From the NCBI GenBank assembly GCA_964106645.2, contig OZ067043.1: a stretch of DNA of 64,000 nucleotides; one strand, written 5' to 3'. The stretch comes from Podarcis pityusensis. Its lineage: Eukaryota. This document shows, in pieces, positions 61,301-64,000 of this stretch. The position numbers were made by a program, and so were the translations under genes. Position 1 is the stretch's first letter. Every line of letters begins with the position of its first letter. Under the pieces are notes generated by a model. The model worked only from the letters and a program-made list of their open reading frames with translations. It did no database searches and had not been told where the DNA came from.

Positions 61301-61965
61301 ATTTACTGGCCTCTAATCCCAACTCTAGTACCTGAGATGCCAGAGATTGAAACTGATACCTTATACATGCAAAAAGGATTATGCTCTGTCGCAAAGCAAT
61401 GATTCCTCCCATGCTTCTCTTAATGACAATTATGATTATGTTATGAAAACAGTCACTGTTGGCTTGATCCCTAGGATACACCTGTGCATAGATGAGTGTC
61501 CAACAGCCAAGGCATTTGTTTTCTCCAGCATTTCCTTCTTTCCTGGCCAGGCCTAAAGAGTAGCTTCCTTGCTATACCCTAGGAGCTGCATTCCTCATCA
61601 GCCTTCTTTCTCCCTGGCCACCATCCAAACAAAAAAAAGAACATCCCATGACATCATAACCCCTTCCACTCGCTCAACATTTATATTTGTTAAACTTTTT
61701 AGCAAACTTTCATATTTTTGTGTGCATTTGAAGACCTCAGGATTTACTCAACATCTTGCACCCAGTAGTCCAATCAACCTGGGCCTATTTATTAATCATC
61801 TCCCAAGAAGCATCCCAAAATGACTGAACAATAAAAACATCAACAGCAAAAAACATATAAAAACAAGTTATTTATTGCACTTTTAACCCGCTCTTCAATC
61901 AAAACGGCTCCCAGAGCAGCTTATTTATCAAGACGAAAGTCCCTGCCCTCAGGTTTATAATCTAA

Positions 61966-62240
61966 AACATAATAAGATAAGAAGAGCCTGCTGGATTCAG
62001 GCCAGTGGCCCATCTAGTCCAGCGTCCTGTTCTCACAGTGGCCAACCAAATGCCTATGGCAAGTTCGCAAGCAGGATCTGAGCACAACAGCATACTCTCC
62101 TCTTTTGATTCTGAACAACTGGTATTCAGAAGTATACTGTCTCCAGCAGTGGAGGCAGAACATAGCCATCATGACTAGTAGTCAATGACAGCCTTATTCT
62201 CCATTAATTTGTCTAATCCTCTTTTAAGGCCATCCCAGTT
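61966..62240 (-). mobile_element. CR1-type LINE 3' fragment
   Basis: AACATAA..AAGAAGAGCCTGCTGGAT..CAGGCCAGTGGCCCATCTAGTCCAGC, typical of a reversed squamate CR1 3' end. Confidence 0.7.
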
Positions 62241-62949
62241 TCAGAACCCAGTTCTGAAAGTTACAGTTCTTATGATGATCAGCTGTGATAGAAACAGTTC
62301 AGGTAGACTGACGGAAAGTGATGGTTGGGAAAGCACCAAAGGCTGCTGGTCTCTGGGCAAAACCAATAGAATAGTCCTGCTTCCCTTCTCTCCTTCTGCT
62401 CTGCAGCCGGCTTCCACCTGCCTTGCTTTGATCTGGAGGGTCAGAAGCTGTGCTCTTTTGCAACTTAAAGTGTTTCTGTACCTACGACTGCATTGCATAA
62501 GATTCCCTTTGGGTCTTGTATAGCTCTGTAATTCAACCCAAGTCACAGCTTGCAAACTAATTCTGGGGCTCATATAGAAAGGTGCTTTCAAGGCATGTGA
62601 GGAGGAAAATTCTATCAAGTCTCCCACCATCAGCCATTTCTAATAATGAGATGTGGTAACAGCCTCCTGTTGTGACAGGATACTAAAGAAAAACAGTTCC
62701 TAAAATGATATAATTTTGTATGCATTGTTATTTATTCTATGATTTGGCTGTATGCTTTTTATTTAGTGTTCTATACACCATATCTGTACGGTGGGTTATA
62801 AATACTTTAATAAAATAAAAATAAATCATAAATGTACATCAGCTTTGTAATACGCTATTATCTGCATCTACCTTAAGATTCATAAATGCTTTCGTAAATT
62901 GGAAAAATCCTGTAAGCCAGGCCCCAAATGCAGCCATTATTTCTATTAA

Positions 62950-63170
62950 TATATTTATTTGTATCCTGTCTTTCCTCTAAGTAGCTCAGGGTGAAATATA
63001 TGGTTTCCTCTTCCCTTCTATGATCACACAAGTCATGTGAGTTAGGTTAGGCTGAGAGGCAGGAAACAGGCCCAATGTCAAATAGCAGGCTTTGTAGCTG
63101 AGCAAGGATTTCAACTCCAGCCTTCCTAGTCTAAGTCCAACACTCTAGTGACTGTCACTACACCACACTA
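62950..63170 (-). mobile_element. Old MIR/CORE-like SINE remnant
   Basis: Reverse-orientation AGGCTGAGAG...GGATTTCAACTCCAG...CTACACCACAC signature. Confidence 0.5.
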
Positions 63171-64000
63171 ACTCTCATGAGGCCACAGGCGCTTTTGCTA
63201 CATGTTTGAGGTGGCCTTTGGCCCCAGCAATTCTTTATGGGATGCTATTTTCCACAACTCCTGAACACAGTCGTGTTCTAAAGGAAAAAAGTCTCAAAGA
63301 GCTGTATTTCTGTCAACCAGGCCCACATTGGGGCTTTCTGACGGCTGTCTTAACAATGGCAAGGCTGGTGAGACATCTTCATTAAGCACAGTCTCAGCCA
63401 GTTGCAAGGTCTCCCATGAATGTCCACCTGCCCTTTCGGACTTACTCTTCTTCACTACTTTTCCTAAGTCCCAACTCTTTACTGCAGACAATTTGAACAC
63501 TGAATTTGTACTGTTGCAAAGAACTCCAGCATCGGAACCACCAGCACCTTGAAATTACCATATGACAGGACACAAGCTGTAATAAAAATATCTTTACCTG
63601 TCAGTGAAAGACAGTCAGAGAAGGAGCCACCCAAATTTTGTGAAGCAATGTCTATCTCCTGTTCCCATAAAATACCGAAGCATATAATATTTATTCACAA
63701 AAATGCAGGGCATTCTCCTCCAATGTGGTACCCACTCTTTGGAACTCCTTCTTCTGGCAGATCAGACAGGCAAGGTTGCGAAGAGTTGGTGAAAAACTGC
63801 ACACCAAGGTGTTTGTGGTCTTTCATGACTGTTCTTTGTGTTTTTCAATAGTGTTTTATTATGATGGGTTTAGATAGCCTTGAGTTCCTAGCAATGCCTA
63901 GAAAGAGTTCTGAAAATGTTTATGCAGAAACAAATAGATGAATAAATGCAGGGTAGACTACCTGGGCATATAGTGGGACGCCAAGGACCTGCACTGGAGA

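Noticed and set aside
46349-64000. Search for the penultimate ERI3 coding exon (...GRPHSGI)
   Set aside because: Not recognised on the - strand in this window by eye; it presumably lies beyond 64000.

Overview
Eukaryotic (vertebrate) genomic DNA, almost certainly from a squamate and probably a lacertid lizard, given a full-length Sauria/POM-type SINE, squamate CR1 and L2 fragments and hAT/mariner MITEs. The window holds the complete DMAP1 gene on the + strand: a CpG-rich promoter near 5.5-6.2 kb, a non-coding exon 1, and 10 coding exons from 8699 to 40984 (1392 nt, 463 aa, all GT-AG), with a polyA signal at 41573. Convergent with it on the - strand are the last coding exon and 3'UTR of ERI3 (46266-46348); 46349-64000 appears to be ERI3's final intron. 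Almost all ORFs in the six-frame track are spurious. Points of interest: (1) a 2.2-kb internally deleted L1-clade element with both ends intact, a 19-bp target-site duplication (TSD) and an in-frame ORF1/ORF2 chimeric ORF; (2) a candidate 24-nt in-frame microexon with SRRM4-type UGC motifs and a candidate 44-nt poison exon, both in the 14.8-kb DMAP1 intron 8; (3) several motif-dense, CpG-retaining non-coding blocks that look like developmental enhancers; (4) nested MITE insertions and a solo LTR around the promoter. Family names come from recalled sequence features, not from database searches.
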